This document shows, one piece after another, positions 28,700-38,127 of a DNA stretch of 64,000 bases. Every line of letters begins with the position of its first letter. Positions within the stretch are counted from its first letter, which is position 1. The position numbers and the translations under genes were made by a program. The notes under the pieces are model-generated. The model had not been told where the DNA came from. It did no database searches and was given only the letters and a program-made list of their open reading frames with translations. Origin of the DNA: an uncultured Trueperaceae bacterium. Lineage in GTDB: Bacteria > Deinococcota > Deinococci > Deinococcales > Trueperaceae. The stretch lies in assembly GCA_937983275.1 (NCBI GenBank), contig CALKAI010000046.1, positions 1,800 through 65,799 on the forward strand, in the 5' to 3' direction.

Positions 28700-30460
28700 T
28701 TACTGTGCCAGGAAGGTGAGTTCGTATTCACGGGAGCCCAGGAGGTCACTGATCATGTCCTCGGGGTGCTCACCGCGCACGTGGGTCCTCCAGCTGTAGT
28801 GGGCCGAGGGGCTCACGGTGTAGATGACCGGCTGGATGTCAGCGAGGGCGCGCTGGATCTGGTAGCCGATTTCGCGGGCCTCTTCGGTGTCGAGGGTCTG
28901 GCGGCCCTGGTAGTAGAGCTGGCTGGCTTCGGTTTCCTGGGGCGCAATGCACTCACCGGACGGATCCTGGTTCCACATGTGGAGGTTGGTTCCGCAGGGG
29001 ATTACGTTTACGCCGAAGGGCCAGTCACGCGAACCACCGGTAAGACCGATGAGGATCGCTTCGAACGGACGGTCTTCGCCCACGGTGGTGAGCTGCTCGA
29101 CCATCAGGTTGAAGTCGAGGGTCTGGACCTGAACGTTCACGCCAACTTCGCGGGCAGCGTCAGCGAAGATCTGGACGATCTGCTCGCGGGCGGTGGCGCC
29201 GGAGTTGGTGACGAGGCGGAAGCCCAGTTCGTTGCCGTCGGCGTCCACCAGGAAGCCGTTGGAGTTGCGCTGGGTGAAGCCGATGCCGGCGAGGAGCTCA
29301 GCGGCAGCTTCGGGATCGAACGGAAACTTCGGGACTTCCGGGTCAACCCAGTAGTCGAGAACCTGGTAGACGTTCGACCACATGGGCTCGGCAGCACCAC
29401 CGTAGACGAGTTCGACGATCGCTTCGCGGTTCACGAGGTGGCTCATGGCGCGGCGGAAGTCGGCGTTACGGAAGAGGTCCTGCTTCCAGGGGTCGCTGGC
29501 GAGGTTCCAGTTGAAGACGATGAACTGGCTGGATGCAACCGGGCTCATGTTCTCGAGAACGATCGCGTCGATGTCGCCGTTCTGGATGGCAACGTTGATG
29601 ACGCCGATGTCGTCGAGGTTGCGCGGGTTGAACATGTCGATTTCGCCTGCGAGGTAGAGGTTGAGGGCGGCGTCCTGGTCACCCGTGAGTTCGAAGGTGA
29701 TGCGGTCGAGGTAGGGAAGGGCGTTGCCTTCCTCGTCGACGTTCCACTCACCGAAGTACTCGTTCTTCTCGAGGACGAGGCGCTCGTTCGAGGAGAACTC
29801 GGTCGGGACGAACGGAGAGCTCCAGACGGTGTCGGCGACGTTTACGTCGAGACCCCAGGCGGCCTGGAGGGCTTCGGCGCCACCTTCGCGGTAGATCTCG
29901 CCGAGGATGTGGTCGGGAGCCGGGATGTGCGAGCCTACAACCGGGAAGGCGGTGCGGTCAGGGAGAGGGAAGGTGAAGCGCATGCTGCGCTCGCCGGTGA
30001 TCTCCATCTGAATGATTTCGCCTTCGATGAACCAGCTGTCGTAGCCGTTGGAGCCGACATCCGGGTCAGTCTCAGCCTGGTAGCGGAAGTAGTAGTCGTC
30101 CACGGTGATGTCGGTGCCGTCGGACCACTTGAGGCCCTCGCGCAGCGTGACATCCATGACGGTGCCGTCCTCAGACATCTCGACCGACTCGGCGGCGTAC
30201 GGAATCCATACGTCAGAGTCCGGCGGCAGGGTCATGAGGCTTGCGCCCGTCAGCATGATCAGGTCGCGTGAAGTGGTCGACTCGGCGGAAGTGATGGGGT
30301 TGAACGTGCGGACATCGCCGATGTCATACATGCGCAGGTTACCGCCGTAAACGGCCTCACCCGGCTCAGCAGTTGTCCAGGTGCTGGGCCACACGAATGG
30401 TTCGGCGAGGGCCATCGAGCCGAGGGCTACGAAGGCCAGACTGAGTAAAGCTCTCTTCAT
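28700..30460 (-). CDS. ABC transporter substrate-binding protein, family 5 (peptide/nickel type)
   Basis: The 586-aa protein has a signal peptide (MKRALLSLAFVALGSMALA) and lies upstream of the opp-type permease genes on the same strand. Confidence 0.9.
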   Translation of the reverse strand: MKRALLSLAFVALGSMALAEPFVWPSTWTTAEPGEAVYGGNLRMYDIGDVRTFNPITSAESTTSRDLIMLTGASLMTLPPDSDVWIPYAAESVEMSEDGTVMDVTLREGLKWSDGTDITVDDYYFRYQAETDPDVGSNGYDSWFIEGEIIQMEITGERSMRFTFPLPDRTAFPVVGSHIPAPDHILGEIYREGGAEALQAAWGLDVNVADTVWSSPFVPTEFSSNERLVLEKNEYFGEWNVDEEGNALPYLDRITFELTGDQDAALNLYLAGEIDMFNPRNLDDIGVINVAIQNGDIDAIVLENMSPVASSQFIVFNWNLASDPWKQDLFRNADFRRAMSHLVNREAIVELVYGGAAEPMWSNVYQVLDYWVDPEVPKFPFDPEAAAELLAGIGFTQRNSNGFLVDADGNELGFRLVTNSGATAREQIVQIFADAAREVGVNVQVQTLDFNLMVEQLTTVGEDRPFEAILIGLTGGSRDWPFGVNVIPCGTNLHMWNQDPSGECIAPQETEASQLYYQGRQTLDTEEAREIGYQIQRALADIQPVIYTVSPSAHYSWRTHVRGEHPEDMISDLLGSREYELTFLAQ

Positions 30461-30609
30461 GCTACCTCCTGATTGTCGTCGACGAGTCCTCCAGAGGGAG
30501 TCTCCTCATTGGGCTCATCCAACCATACGACGAGGAAAAGAGTACCGTGGAACCCATTCTGGTGCAAGGGTTATTGGCTTTGCGTATTTTCATTAGCAGT
30601 TAACTGCGA

Positions 30610-30633
30610 AGGGCGCCCCAGACGGGACGCCCT
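30610..30633 (-). terminator. Candidate stem-loop terminator downstream of secG
   Basis: In aGGGCGcccCAGACgggaCGCCCt, the arms AGGGCG and CGCCCT pair, with an inner CCC/GGG pair. The T-tract is weak. Confidence 0.35.
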
Positions 30634-30657
30634 GTCAATGTGTACGGAAGTGCGCTG

Positions 30658-30885
30658 TTAGCGGGGTACAACCTGCAGGGCCAGCGCCAGCAGGCCCCAG
30701 ATCACGCCCAGGTAGATGGTTAACCTGTGCAGGCCGCCGGCGGTACCGCCGCGGGTCATGAAGTCCTGCTGCCCGGCGCCGCTGAGCCCCTCGCCAAGGC
30801 CCGACTGCTTCGGCTCCTGCAGCAGCACGATCGCGGTGAGCAGCAGGGATACGATTATGAATGGTACGAGAATCAACCAGAACAT
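30658..30885 (-). CDS. secG: Preprotein translocase subunit SecG
   Basis: The 75-aa protein has two TM helices. IIVSLLLTAIVLLQEPKQSGLG is the SecG signature region. Confidence 0.85.
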   Translation of the reverse strand: MFWLILVPFIIVSLLLTAIVLLQEPKQSGLGEGLSGAGQQDFMTRGGTAGGLHRLTIYLGVIWGLLALALQVVPR

Positions 30886-30966
30886 TACTTATACGCCTCC
30901 GTATTCATTCAGAGTAAAACAGCCGGGAAATCACGAACGACCTGCCGACTCATTCCGTCTCCTGTG

Positions 30967-31051
30967 TGGTGCCGGGAGCGGGACTCGAACCCGCACGCCT
31001 CGCGGCGGTACATTTTGAGTGTACTGCGTCTACCGATTCCGCCATCCCGGC
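30967..31051 (-). tRNA. tRNA-Leu (anticodon CAA)
   Basis: The reverse complement is GCCGGGATGGCGGAATCGGTAGACGCAGTACACTCAAAATGTACCGCCGCGAGGCGTGCGGGTTCGAGTCCCGCTCCCGGCACCA. It has a 7-bp acceptor stem (GCCGGGA/TCCCGGC), an anticodon stem GTACA/TGTAC with loop CTCAAAA, a long variable arm, a T-arm GCGGG-TTCGAGT-CCCGC, and an encoded CCA. Confidence 0.93.
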
Positions 31052-31136
31052 AAGGCAAGACGAGTCGACAGCCTGCCAACAAACGCTCAGCATAATACTC
31101 CAGCCAACCGCCCGGCGACCAGCAAGATACCACGCG

Positions 31137-31937
31137 TCACCTGGCGATGCGGGAACCCGGAGCGGGCTGTCCTGGTGGGCCTGCCAGGTCGTTCCTGAGT
31201 ACAAGTGCCGCGAACTTCAGGAGGCGGGGAAAACGGTGCCAGCGCTTGCGATCCAGGCCCACCCGGTAGGCCCACTCCAGGTTGTAGCGCCTGGTCCACT
31301 CCGGGGTCCGCTCCACCTCCCCCGCAAGCACGTCCAGCGTGCCCCCCACGCCGATCATTACCCTGGCGTTGAGACGATTCCGGTACCTGTCGAGGAACAG
31401 CTCCTGACGCTCGCCAAGGGCAGCAAGCAGCAGGTCGGGACGGCTGGCCGAGATCTGCTCGACCACCTGCTCCTCCTGCTCGCTCCCAAAGTAGCCGTCA
31501 TGCACACCGGCGACCCGTATGCCCCATTGCTCCCGGGCCTGGGCGGCGGCCCGCTGCGCCACGCCGGGCCGCCCGCCCAGGAAGTAGACGTTCAGCGCCC
31601 CTCCCCCGCGCGCGAGCGCCAGCTGGCTAAGCTCGACTCCCGGAACCCTGCCAGGGAGCACCACTCCGGCGCGACGAGCCGCCCAGACTATGCCGATGCC
31701 GTCGGCAACCGTCAGCTGGGCGCGTTTGACGGCCGCGTAGAGCTCTGCATCCTCCCTCGACCTGACGACGATCTCGGGGTTCAGAGTAACGACATGCAGT
31801 GGTCCTGCGTCCTGAGGCGCACCAGCAGCTGCGGTGGCCGCCAGCACCCGCTCCGTGGCCTCTTCTAGGTCCAGCCTGTGGAGAGTGAAACCGAACAGTT
31901 CCAGCGTTCCGGGAGTGTCCTGTTGCTTCGTCTTCAT
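31137..31937 (-). CDS. WecB/TagA/CpsF-family glycosyltransferase (N-acetylmannosaminyltransferase-like)
   Basis: VVTLNPEIVV...LTVADGIGIVWAAR...YFLGGRPGVAQRAA...IGVGGTLDVLAGEVERTPEW is typical of TagA/WecG. Confidence 0.85.
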   Translation of the reverse strand: MKTKQQDTPGTLELFGFTLHRLDLEEATERVLAATAAAGAPQDAGPLHVVTLNPEIVVRSREDAELYAAVKRAQLTVADGIGIVWAARRAGVVLPGRVPGVELSQLALARGGGALNVYFLGGRPGVAQRAAAQAREQWGIRVAGVHDGYFGSEQEEQVVEQISASRPDLLLAALGERQELFLDRYRNRLNARVMIGVGGTLDVLAGEVERTPEWTRRYNLEWAYRVGLDRKRWHRFPRLLKFAALVLRNDLAGPPGQPAPGSRIAR

Positions 31938-32674
31938 TTGTCGGCGGGTGCGCCCAGGCGTTCGAAGCTGTAAAGTCCCGCCTTGCCCAGTTCGCTCCTC
32001 GCAGAGAGGCGCGGTACGACCGGTGACTGGCCTATCTGGCTTGCGATCGCCAGATCGTCCTGCAGGTCTCCGTTGCGCAGCATCTCACCGGCTGCCGAGT
32101 ACCAGAGGCCGTCGAGGGGATCGGGGAATGCCCGCACCAGGCTAAGCCCCAGTCGGGCGGCGCCGTCGAGCTGCGCGGAGTCGCTCAACCGCTGAAGCTG
32201 GCCGGTAATGAAGCCCGCTGCGAGAAGGTCGTCGAGGTCCTCGCGGCCCTGATATCCGGCACACACGAGTGCCACTGACCCGGGCTGCAGCTCCTCGATA
32301 GCGGCGGCGAGCGCCCCTGCGTTGAAGAGGGAGGCGAGCAGGACCTCGCTGGCGCCCAGGAGCCCGGGCAGCAGCGCGCTGGCGTTCTCGCTCACGAGGA
32401 CCGCCCGCGGTGCCTGCAGCTTGCGCTTGAGGAGCATCTGGGGTGATGCCGGGAGGTTGAAGCCCTCGGGCAGCACGCCGGCCCTATCGCCCACGAGTAC
32501 GACGCCGTCGCCGGCTGACTTCCTGGCGGTGCCGAACGAGCCCGTGAGCAGTACTTCAGTTGCACCCATGTCGAAAAGCAGGGGTGCCGTGGTGCCTGCC
32601 CGGAGAACGTCCACGAGCACCACCAACTCTCCGGTGTAGTCGTCACGCGGAGAGAGATCTACGCGAATCCGCAT
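31934..32674 (-). CDS. 2-phosphosulfolactate phosphatase (ComB) family protein
   Basis: VVLVDVLRAGTTAPLLF...VLVGDRAG is a ComB-family pattern. The stop codon overlaps the tagA-like ATG (ATGA at 31934-31937). Confidence 0.8.
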   Translation of the reverse strand: MRIRVDLSPRDDYTGELVVLVDVLRAGTTAPLLFDMGATEVLLTGSFGTARKSAGDGVVLVGDRAGVLPEGFNLPASPQMLLKRKLQAPRAVLVSENASALLPGLLGASEVLLASLFNAGALAAAIEELQPGSVALVCAGYQGREDLDDLLAAGFITGQLQRLSDSAQLDGAARLGLSLVRAFPDPLDGLWYSAAGEMLRNGDLQDDLAIASQIGQSPVVPRLSARSELGKAGLYSFERLGAPADK

Positions 32675-32801
32675 ATTTTGCCAAGCTTCCTGGGGTCAAG
32701 ATCTTCATTACTTCATCCGCGCCTAGCAAGGCGCTGCGGGGGCAATCTGCAAGTCTGAAAACAAGTAGGACCTGCCCAGCGGATTCTATCAGACAGGCAA
32801 C

Positions 32802-34403
32802 TTGTCCTTCACAAACGCCACGGTAAGGTGTGGCGTGCCGCGTCCCCAACCACCATTCGAAGAGCGTTACCTGGCGGGCGAGTTCGCCGGGTTCTTTGAG
32901 CTTGCACCGCATCAGTTCGATGTTGCCCTGGACCGCACGAGGAGTGTGCCGCGGCAGGAACTGGCTGCTGCCCTGAGCGAGGATGCCGGCAGGCTGGGGG
33001 CGCCCGCGGGCACATGGAGATCACTCGAGCGGCTGCGGCATGAGAACAGCAGGGTAGTAGTGACCGGCCAGCAGCCGGGTCTCCTCCTTGGCCCCGCGTA
33101 CACCCTGTCGAAGGCCCTGGCGGCCATAAGCCTCGCCCGCGAATTGGATGAGCCTGACCGTCCGGTCATACCGGTATTCTGGGTCGCTTCCCAGGATCAT
33201 GATGTGGCCGAGATGGACCATACCTACCTGTTTGACCTCGAGGAGCGGCTGCACAGGGTAGGGGTCGACCTGCCCGAGGGGGCGCCGGTGGGCCACGCGC
33301 CGCTGCGCCAGGAGCACCTGAGTGCGTTGTGCCTTGCCATCGAGCAGTGTTCCTTCCCACGGGAGCATAAGCAGGAGGTTTATCGTCTGCTGGACGAAGC
33401 AGGAGAGAAGGCCCGCTCCTATCCGGACCTCTTCAGCGCCATTCTTTACCGCCTGCTGGGGGACGAAGGACTGGTTATCCTCGACCCGCTCCGGCCTGCG
33501 GTTGCACCGCTCTTCCGGGACGTCCTGGCACGCGAGATCGGAGCCCCGTCGGTAACGACCCGCGCGATCAACGATGCGGCGGTGTCATTGCGGCAGGTCG
33601 GGGCACAGCCACAGCTTGGCCGGGGCGTCGACGCCACCAACCTGTTCATAACCGAGGGAAACGATGGGGAATACTCGCGCCAGCTCCTGCGCTTCGACGG
33701 CAAGGCATTTCAGTCGCGCTCGCGGGAGTACGGACGCGAGGAGCTGCTGCGGCTGCTGGACAGTGAACCGTGGCGCATCACGCCGGCCGCCGGCCTGCGG
33801 CCGGTGACCCAGGACAGCGTTCTCCCTACCGCTGCATTTGTGGTCGGGCCTGGTGAGTTGCGCTATATCGCCCAGCTGAGGGGCGTCTACGAGTTTCATG
33901 GCGTGCCGATGCCTGTGGTCTGGCCGCGTGCACAGACCGTCGTGCTCGAACCGCCCACGCGGCGTATCCTCGCCCGCTACGGAATCAGCTACGACGAGTA
34001 CCTGCGGGACCGCGACGACCTGGCCCGCAGGGTGCTCCTGGAGCGCCACGGCAAGAAGGAGCAGTTCGAACGCGCGCTGGCGCGTCTGGAACGGGAGTTC
34101 GCCGAGCTGCTCGATTCTGTCGAAGGGATCGATCCGACGCTGAAGGGGACTGTGATCAAGTCGCAGTCACGCCTGGAGGCGACGGTAGAGGCACTCAGGA
34201 ACAAGACTGCTCAGGCGCTCGCCGCGAACGACAGGACGACCAGCCGCCAGTTCGAGCGGCTGGAAGGACAGCTGTTCCCGTCGGGTGTACCGCAGGAACG
34301 TCAGCTGACAGTCTTCTCCTTCTTCCTGAAATTCGGGGTGGAACCGATGATGCACAGGTACCGGCAGGTTGGCCCGGGCGGCCTGCACATCATCGAACCC
34401 TAG
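32802..34403 (+). CDS. bshC: Bacillithiol biosynthesis cysteine-adding enzyme BshC
   Basis: VVTGQQPGLLLGPAYTLSKALAAISLAREL...PVIPVFWVASQDHDVAEMDH matches the conserved BshC/YllA core, and the roughly 530-aa length fits. The start is either TTG 32802 or GTG 32835. Confidence 0.85.
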   Translation: MSFTNATVRCGVPRPQPPFEERYLAGEFAGFFELAPHQFDVALDRTRSVPRQELAAALSEDAGRLGAPAGTWRSLERLRHENSRVVVTGQQPGLLLGPAYTLSKALAAISLARELDEPDRPVIPVFWVASQDHDVAEMDHTYLFDLEERLHRVGVDLPEGAPVGHAPLRQEHLSALCLAIEQCSFPREHKQEVYRLLDEAGEKARSYPDLFSAILYRLLGDEGLVILDPLRPAVAPLFRDVLAREIGAPSVTTRAINDAAVSLRQVGAQPQLGRGVDATNLFITEGNDGEYSRQLLRFDGKAFQSRSREYGREELLRLLDSEPWRITPAAGLRPVTQDSVLPTAAFVVGPGELRYIAQLRGVYEFHGVPMPVVWPRAQTVVLEPPTRRILARYGISYDEYLRDRDDLARRVLLERHGKKEQFERALARLEREFAELLDSVEGIDPTLKGTVIKSQSRLEATVEALRNKTAQALAANDRTTSRQFERLEGQLFPSGVPQERQLTVFSFFLKFGVEPMMHRYRQVGPGGLHIIEP

Positions 34404-34405
34404 AA

Positions 34406-35908
34406 TCACTTTCCGGAGAGCGCGTAGTTGGGGGCGTCCTTGGTTATCGTCACGTCGTGCGGGTGCGACTCGATGAGGCTTGCCTGCGTGATCGTGACAA
34501 ACTGTGCGGCTTCCTTCATGGTGGCCATGTCGGGAGTTCCGACGTAGCCCATGGCGCTGCGCAGGCCGCCTACCATCTGGAACACCACATCCTCGGCCGG
34601 ACCCTTGTAGGGGACCATCCCCTCGATCCCTTCCGGAACGAGCTTCTTGGCGTCCTCCTGGAAGTAGCGGTCGGCGCTGCCGGTCGACATCGCGCCCAGG
34701 CTGCCCATGCCGCGGTACGCCTTGTAACGCCGGCCGTCCCGCAGGATCTCCTCGCCGGGCGACTCGTTGGTGCCGGCCAGCATCGAACCGATCATTATGC
34801 AATCCGCTCCGGCGGCAATCGCCTTCGGCAGGTCGCCGGTCTGCTTGATCCCCCCGTCGGCGATGAGGGGAATGCCCTCCCCGTGCAAGGCTCCGGCGAT
34901 CTCCATGATGGCGCTCAGCTGCGGTACGCCCACCCCGGTGACAACGCGGGTCGTGCAGATGCTGCCGGGACCGATGCCGATCTTGATGCCGTCGGCGCCT
35001 GCCTGTGCCAGGGCCACGGCCCCCTCGGCAGTTGCTACATTGCCGGCGACGACGTCGACCTGATAGCTCTCCTTCAGGTACCGCAAGGCGTCGATGATGC
35101 CCTGCGAGTGGCCGTGAGCGCTGTCCAGTACGAGGACATCGGCGCCTGCTTCCACCAGGGCGGCGGCCCGCTCCTCCAGATCGCCGCTCACGCCCACTGC
35201 CGCGGCGACGCGCAGGCGGCCCAGCTCGTCTTTCGCAGCGTGGGGGTAGGCGATCTTCTTGGTGATGTCCTTGATGGTGATGAGGCCCTTCAGGCGAAAG
35301 GCGTCATCCACCACCAGCAGCTTCTCGATCCGGTGCCGGTGGAGGTGCTCGGTGGCCTCCTCCAGGGTGGTGCCGACCGGCACCGTAACCAGGTTCTCCC
35401 GGGTCATCAGGTCCTGTACGGACCGGGTCGGGTCTGTCTCGAAACGGAGGTCGCGGTTGGTGAGGATGCCCGCCAGGCGGCCGTCCTCCTCGATGATGGG
35501 CACGCCGCTTATCCGGTAGTCGCGCATGAGCTTCTGCGCATCCCCGACGCTGGCCGTGCGCGGCAGAGTAATCGGGTCGACGATCATGCCGGATTCGGAG
35601 CGTTTGACTTTCCTGATTACCTCTGCCTGATCCACCACGGACATCTTCTTGTGGACCACACCGATGCCGCCCATTCGCGCCATCGCGATCGCCATGCGGG
35701 TCTCCGTGACGGTGTCCATTGCGGCAGAGACAACCGGGATGTTCAGCGAAACGTTCCGCGAGAAGCGGGTCGTCACGTCCACGTCCCGGGGCAGGACCTG
35801 CGAGTAGGCCGGCACGAGAAGCACGTCGTCGTAGGTAAGGGCCTGCCCCCTGATCTTGTCAATGCCGGTTCTGGCTGTCGTCATCGTTCCGCTGCTCATG
35901 TACCTCAC
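34406..35908 (-). CDS. guaB: IMP dehydrogenase
   Basis: [10 protein letters not shown], a CBS pair, the catalytic loop [11 protein letters not shown], and [13 protein letters not shown] are canonical. Confidence 0.96.
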   Translation of the reverse strand: MRYMSSGTMTTARTGIDKIRGQALTYDDVLLVPAYSQVLPRDVDVTTRFSRNVSLNIPVVSAAMDTVTETRMAIAMARMGGIGVVHKKMSVVDQAEVIRKVKRSESGMIVDPITLPRTASVGDAQKLMRDYRISGVPIIEEDGRLAGILTNRDLRFETDPTRSVQDLMTRENLVTVPVGTTLEEATEHLHRHRIEKLLVVDDAFRLKGLITIKDITKKIAYPHAAKDELGRLRVAAAVGVSGDLEERAAALVEAGADVLVLDSAHGHSQGIIDALRYLKESYQVDVVAGNVATAEGAVALAQAGADGIKIGIGPGSICTTRVVTGVGVPQLSAIMEIAGALHGEGIPLIADGGIKQTGDLPKAIAAGADCIMIGSMLAGTNESPGEEILRDGRRYKAYRGMGSLGAMSTGSADRYFQEDAKKLVPEGIEGMVPYKGPAEDVVFQMVGGLRSAMGYVGTPDMATMKEAAQFVTITQASLIESHPHDVTITKDAPNYALSGK

Positions 35909-35944
35909 CTCAACAGAATGCCCCGAGCCCTCTCGGTGACAGGA

Positions 35945-36370
35945 TTATAGCGTCCCTTTCGGGTCCTCCCCGATCACGGCCTGCAGACGGCCAAACCAGT
36001 CGGAAGGCAACCTCACGGCCCTGCCGCTGCGGTCGGTAGGCACGTGCACCGTGCTACCGAGGGCAACCGGGCGCTCCTCTCCATCCCGGTAGATGGTGTA
36101 GTCGAAGGCGAAGCGGCGGGTGCGCGCTTCGGTCATGGTCGCCTCGATGTGCAGGAGGTCGTCGAAGTGGACTGCGCGCCTGTAGTCGATGCTCACTCTG
36201 CTCACCGCCAGCGAGATGCCCTCCTCCTCCATTTGCCTGTAGGAGATGCCCCGGTCGCGCAACCACTCCACCCTGGCCGCCTCCAGCCACACCACGTAGG
36301 CACTGTGATGGGCGATGCCCATCTGATCGGTCTCCGCAAACCTGACGCGTAACGTCGTTGTCGTTGTCAT
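35945..36370 (-). CDS. Acyl-CoA thioesterase, YbgC/4HBT (hotdog) family
   Basis: LRVRFAETDQMGIAHHSAYVVWLEAARVEWLR is the typical hotdog N-terminus. I prefer the ATG at 36370. Confidence 0.85.
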   Translation of the reverse strand: MTTTTTLRVRFAETDQMGIAHHSAYVVWLEAARVEWLRDRGISYRQMEEEGISLAVSRVSIDYRRAVHFDDLLHIEATMTEARTRRFAFDYTIYRDGEERPVALGSTVHVPTDRSGRAVRLPSDWFGRLQAVIGEDPKGTL

Positions 36371-36460
36371 GGGCTCACCATAAAGCGTAGCCGCCGCTCC
36401 GGCCCACGGCGCCAGCCTGAGTGGGCCCTGGTGCACATCCGGGCGTGCTTAGAATGGCGC

Positions 36461-36925
36461 ATGACCAGGATTCCCCAGCTCCTTTTCGGTCGCGACGCCT
36501 ACTCTCCCGTGCAGAAGATCCTTGAGGGATTGCCGTTCGAAAAGGTTGGCGAAAGACCAGCCGGACTGCCGCACAGCATCTACGAGGAACTCTGGCACCT
36601 GAACGCATGCCAGAAGCTCGTCTTGCAGGAGGCACGCGGGGAGCAGACGCCTCCCTTCGACGAATCGCTGGTCTGGCCGGCCAACCGGAAGCCCAGGGAC
36701 GAACACGAGTGGGAGGAGCTCCTGCACACGTTCTTCCTTGGCCTCGACGAGGCGGCGGGCATGGCAGCGCAGGTGGAGGTGCTGGACCAGCAGCTTCCCG
36801 ACGGAACGTCAGTGCGCGGGGTGCTGGAGGACCTGCTCGCCCACAACTCCTACCACCTGGGCCGTCTCGTGGTACTCCGGCAACTGCTGGGACTCTGGGA
36901 GGGAAGGCAGCTGCGCAGCGAATGA
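36461..36925 (+). CDS. DinB-family (four-helix-bundle, putative metal-dependent) protein
   Basis: The DinB-like His pattern is present (SIYEELWHLNACQ...LLAHNSYHLGRLVVLRQL). I prefer the ATG at 36461. The stop codon overlaps the next gene's ATG (ATGA). Confidence 0.75.
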   Translation: MTRIPQLLFGRDAYSPVQKILEGLPFEKVGERPAGLPHSIYEELWHLNACQKLVLQEARGEQTPPFDESLVWPANRKPRDEHEWEELLHTFFLGLDEAAGMAAQVEVLDQQLPDGTSVRGVLEDLLAHNSYHLGRLVVLRQLLGLWEGRQLRSE

Positions 36926-38124
36926 GCAGGGGAGCCGTGCAAGAGACGGTACCCCTGAGCTGGAGCAGGAGCGACGCGCGCCGCTTCCTGGCCCGCTACC
37001 ACCTGAGCCCGGGCAGCCTGGACCAGATAATCGCCCGGCTGGGCAGCATTCAGTACGACCCGCTGCGCCCTGTGGGCCGCAACCCCGATCTCGTGCTGCA
37101 GTCCCGCGTGCCCGGCTACCGGGTCGACAGCTGGGAGGCAGCGGCCTACGGCGACCGGCTCATGATCGACGCCTGGGACAAGCAGGCCTGCCTGGTGCCG
37201 CCCGGCGACTGGCGCCACCGCTGGGTCTACCACGACCACTTCCGCGAGAGGTGGCGGGAGCGGGTGCTGGACCCGTACGCCGATCAGGTGGAGGCCACCC
37301 TGGCTCAGCTTGCCGAGCGCGGGCCGCTCACCTCGCTCGACTTCGAGAACCAGGAGCGGGTCGAGTCCTGGCAGGGCAGCTGGTACGGCGCGAAGCTCGT
37401 GAAGGTGATACTGCGGGCCCTGTGGGACAGCGGGGAGGTCATCACCCACCACCGGGTGAAGGGCAGGCATGCCTACGCCCTGCCCGGACAGGTGATCCCG
37501 GACGAGGTGCTGAGGGAACGGAGCGACGAGGATGAGGCGCTGCAGTTCCTCATCCGCAGGCGGCACCAGTCGATGGGCCTGCTAAGGGTGAACGCGCAGA
37601 AGGCGTTGTGGAGCGTCCCGGCGAGTCCTGCCAGGCGCCGCGATCTCCTGGCGCAGCTTGTGGCCGCCCAGGAACTCGTCCCGGTCGATATTGAAGGGGA
37701 GCTCTACCACCTGCGCCGTGAGGAGCTGGAGGTCATGGACTGGCCCGAGCCGGAGACGCGGCTCAGGTTCATCGCCCCGCTCGATCCGCTCGTCTGGGAC
37801 CGCGACGCGGTCGCCCGGATCTTCGACTTCAACTACGTGTGGGAGGTCTACAAGCCTGCGGCCCAGCGGCAGTGGGGCTACTACGTTCTGCCCGTCTTCT
37901 ACGGCGACCGGTTCGTCGCCCGCGCCGACCTGCGGAGTAACGGGGATGTGCTCCACGTCCTGGGCTGGTGGTGGGAGAACGGCCACCCAGCGGCGCCACC
38001 CGAAGAGCTTGGGCTGGCGCTGGCCAGGTTCAGGGACTACCTGGGGGTGAGTGAGATGGCCGTCTCCGAGGACCTCCCACAGCGGACCAGGCAACAGCTC
38101 CTGGATGCAGCGCGGTTAGGATGA
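36922..38124 (+). CDS. Winged-helix DNA glycosylase-like protein, YcaQ/AlkZ (DUF1006) family
   Basis: RRFLARYHL...GSIQYDPL...DLVLQSRVPGY...DAWDKQACLVP...FDFNYVWEVYKPAAQRQWGYYVLPVFYGDRFVARADL matches the YcaQ-family layout. The ORF-track N-terminal extension (from 36607) overlaps the DinB gene and is Gly/Arg/Pro-rich. Confidence 0.8.
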   Translation: MSRGAVQETVPLSWSRSDARRFLARYHLSPGSLDQIIARLGSIQYDPLRPVGRNPDLVLQSRVPGYRVDSWEAAAYGDRLMIDAWDKQACLVPPGDWRHRWVYHDHFRERWRERVLDPYADQVEATLAQLAERGPLTSLDFENQERVESWQGSWYGAKLVKVILRALWDSGEVITHHRVKGRHAYALPGQVIPDEVLRERSDEDEALQFLIRRRHQSMGLLRVNAQKALWSVPASPARRRDLLAQLVAAQELVPVDIEGELYHLRREELEVMDWPEPETRLRFIAPLDPLVWDRDAVARIFDFNYVWEVYKPAAQRQWGYYVLPVFYGDRFVARADLRSNGDVLHVLGWWWENGHPAAPPEELGLALARFRDYLGVSEMAVSEDLPQRTRQQLLDAARLG

Positions 38125-38127
38125 GGC

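Noticed and set aside
28652-30271. 539-aa plus-strand ORF opposite the family-5 substrate-binding protein gene; similar cases at 41881..43491, 34457..35950, 61013..62491, 62641..63951, 50262..51740, 38116..39222, 59846..60907 and 55458..56138
   Set aside because: All are antisense to genes with unambiguous conserved motifs (TreS, GuaB, EtfA/B, Pgk, LivM, aminotransferase, ACAD, SBP). All have Val/Gly/Asp/Arg/His-biased shadow-frame composition.
30967-31051. tRNA-Leu as an integration hotspot flanked by a genomic island
   Set aside because: No integrase, transposase, direct repeat of the tRNA 3' end, or compositional shift is visible on either side. The neighbours are secG and a cell-wall glycosyltransferase gene.
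36607-36921. N-terminal 105 residues of the 505-aa track ORF (YcaQ-like)
   Set aside because: This part overlaps the DinB-family gene in another frame and is Gly/Ala/Arg/Pro-rich. The conserved YcaQ sequence starts at ATG 36922.
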